Under the pieces are notes generated by a model. It saw only the letters and a list, made by a program, of their open reading frames with translations, had not been told where the DNA came from and did no database searches. Below are positions 62,488 to 63,657 of a DNA stretch of 63,657 nucleotides, piece by piece (position 1 is the first letter of the stretch; each line of letters opens with the position of its first letter). A program made the translations under genes and the position numbers. The stretch is from Octopus bimaculoides (taxonomy: Eukaryota): NCBI RefSeq assembly GCF_001194135.2, contig NC_068984.1:52745416-52809072 (forward strand). Reading direction: 5' to 3'.

Positions 62488-63657
62488 TACCTTCTTGTCC
62501 AGAGTGGAACAGACTATCAAAAATTTACTCTTGCAGACAAATAAATTTAAAAAAATATCATAAAAAATTTAACCTACCAAAAACCTGTATCCAAAGTAAA
62601 AAGAGAAAATAACAACACTCCCAGATCATATTTTCTTCTTTCATCTTCCTCTATACCTAGACCAAAACTTTGTGTGGTTACTTGTTGACACCTTTGTCGA
62701 TTCATTTTTCGAATCACTATGGGGCAAGCAGAACCAAGTTTTAGATAATTGACTGCAAGGAAGAAGTATTTAAGGTTGGCTGGATGCATTTATTTCATTC
62801 TCATTAGCTTTTGAAATTCAAAGGATTATGGTTCATTTGTCCAAATGCCTGTCAAACTTTATAGCTCAAAATTATCTCTTTTTCTATTTGATGAGTTTCC
62901 AGCCATCAACACATAGCCAGCAAATAGTATGTAAACTTTTTGGAAGGTTCTAAGCATCTTTAAAATTTTATTCTTAAACTTTGCTACTTCTTTGCTGTTC
63001 TCTTGAGTGTTTCTAGCAAAAATGCCATCTTAATATAGCACTTTTTACTGAGGCCTCTCTTTGATTCTAGGGGGATATGTAATGACATTATTATGACTAT
63101 GGTTATTCACTCTTTCTTAGCTAATCTTCTCAACTATGTCTGACTTCTTTTTGCTGGATCTAGTTGTGTAATGGATCTTGTAATTCTCTAGGCATTATAA
63201 AACATTAGCCTAGCTTTGCTGCCACATCCCCCCAGAATATATCGCCAGTTTGTTCTAATACTAATAAAATCCATATGCTCTCCAATTTGTGTTGTTTTCA
63301 CAAATAAACACATATTTCAATAGTGTCTTTTTTTTTTCCTTTCTCTCTCTCTCTCTCTCTCTTTCACACACACACACACACTCTCTCTGTCTCTCTCTCA
63401 CTTTCTACTTGTTTTGCTTTTGCTTCATTTTAAAGCTTATATTAAATGGAATATTGAGTTTTCTCTGAAAATATTTTCTTCTTCCACACTATTTGTAAAC
63501 TGCAGTCACATCAATAACTTCTGTTTCAAGGAGATTGCTATTATCTTTTAATTGCAATTGATATTCCATTTATTTCTTTTGAATAATTAAAAAAAGAAAA
63601 CTAAAGGTACAGTTAGCCCTTAGCAAAGTTTTGTTTTCTAAAAAGCAGATTTATTGC

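Overview
AT-rich, microsatellite- and SINE-laden animal genomic DNA with six assembly gaps, most likely from an octopus: the assembled protein matches octopus muscle tropomyosin as I recall it, and the SINEs resemble octopus families. The window holds one complete tropomyosin gene on the + strand (ATG 12731 to TAA 62338). The canonical 284-aa isoform assembles exactly from 9 exons (855 nt), all with GT-AG introns and consistent phases. The main result is a hidden set of equal-length, same-phase alternative exons, most of which the ORF track misses: 4 copies of exon 4, 2 of exon 5, 3 of exon 6, 2 of exon 8, at least 2 terminal exons and 3 alternative starts (1a+2, a short 1b, and a 190-aa low-complexity first exon). 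That gives 288 theoretical combinations. Several divergent exons place cysteines at heptad 'a' core positions, two exon pairs are separated by identical 61-nt introns, and the long first exon lies downstream of an adjacent CRE and CArG pair. The introns and upstream flank contain a decayed full-length mariner, R4/Dong-, RTE- and CR1-type LINE remnants, tRNA-derived SINEs, a small MITE and a minimal hammerhead-like motif. Expression of the alternative exons cannot be shown from sequence alone.
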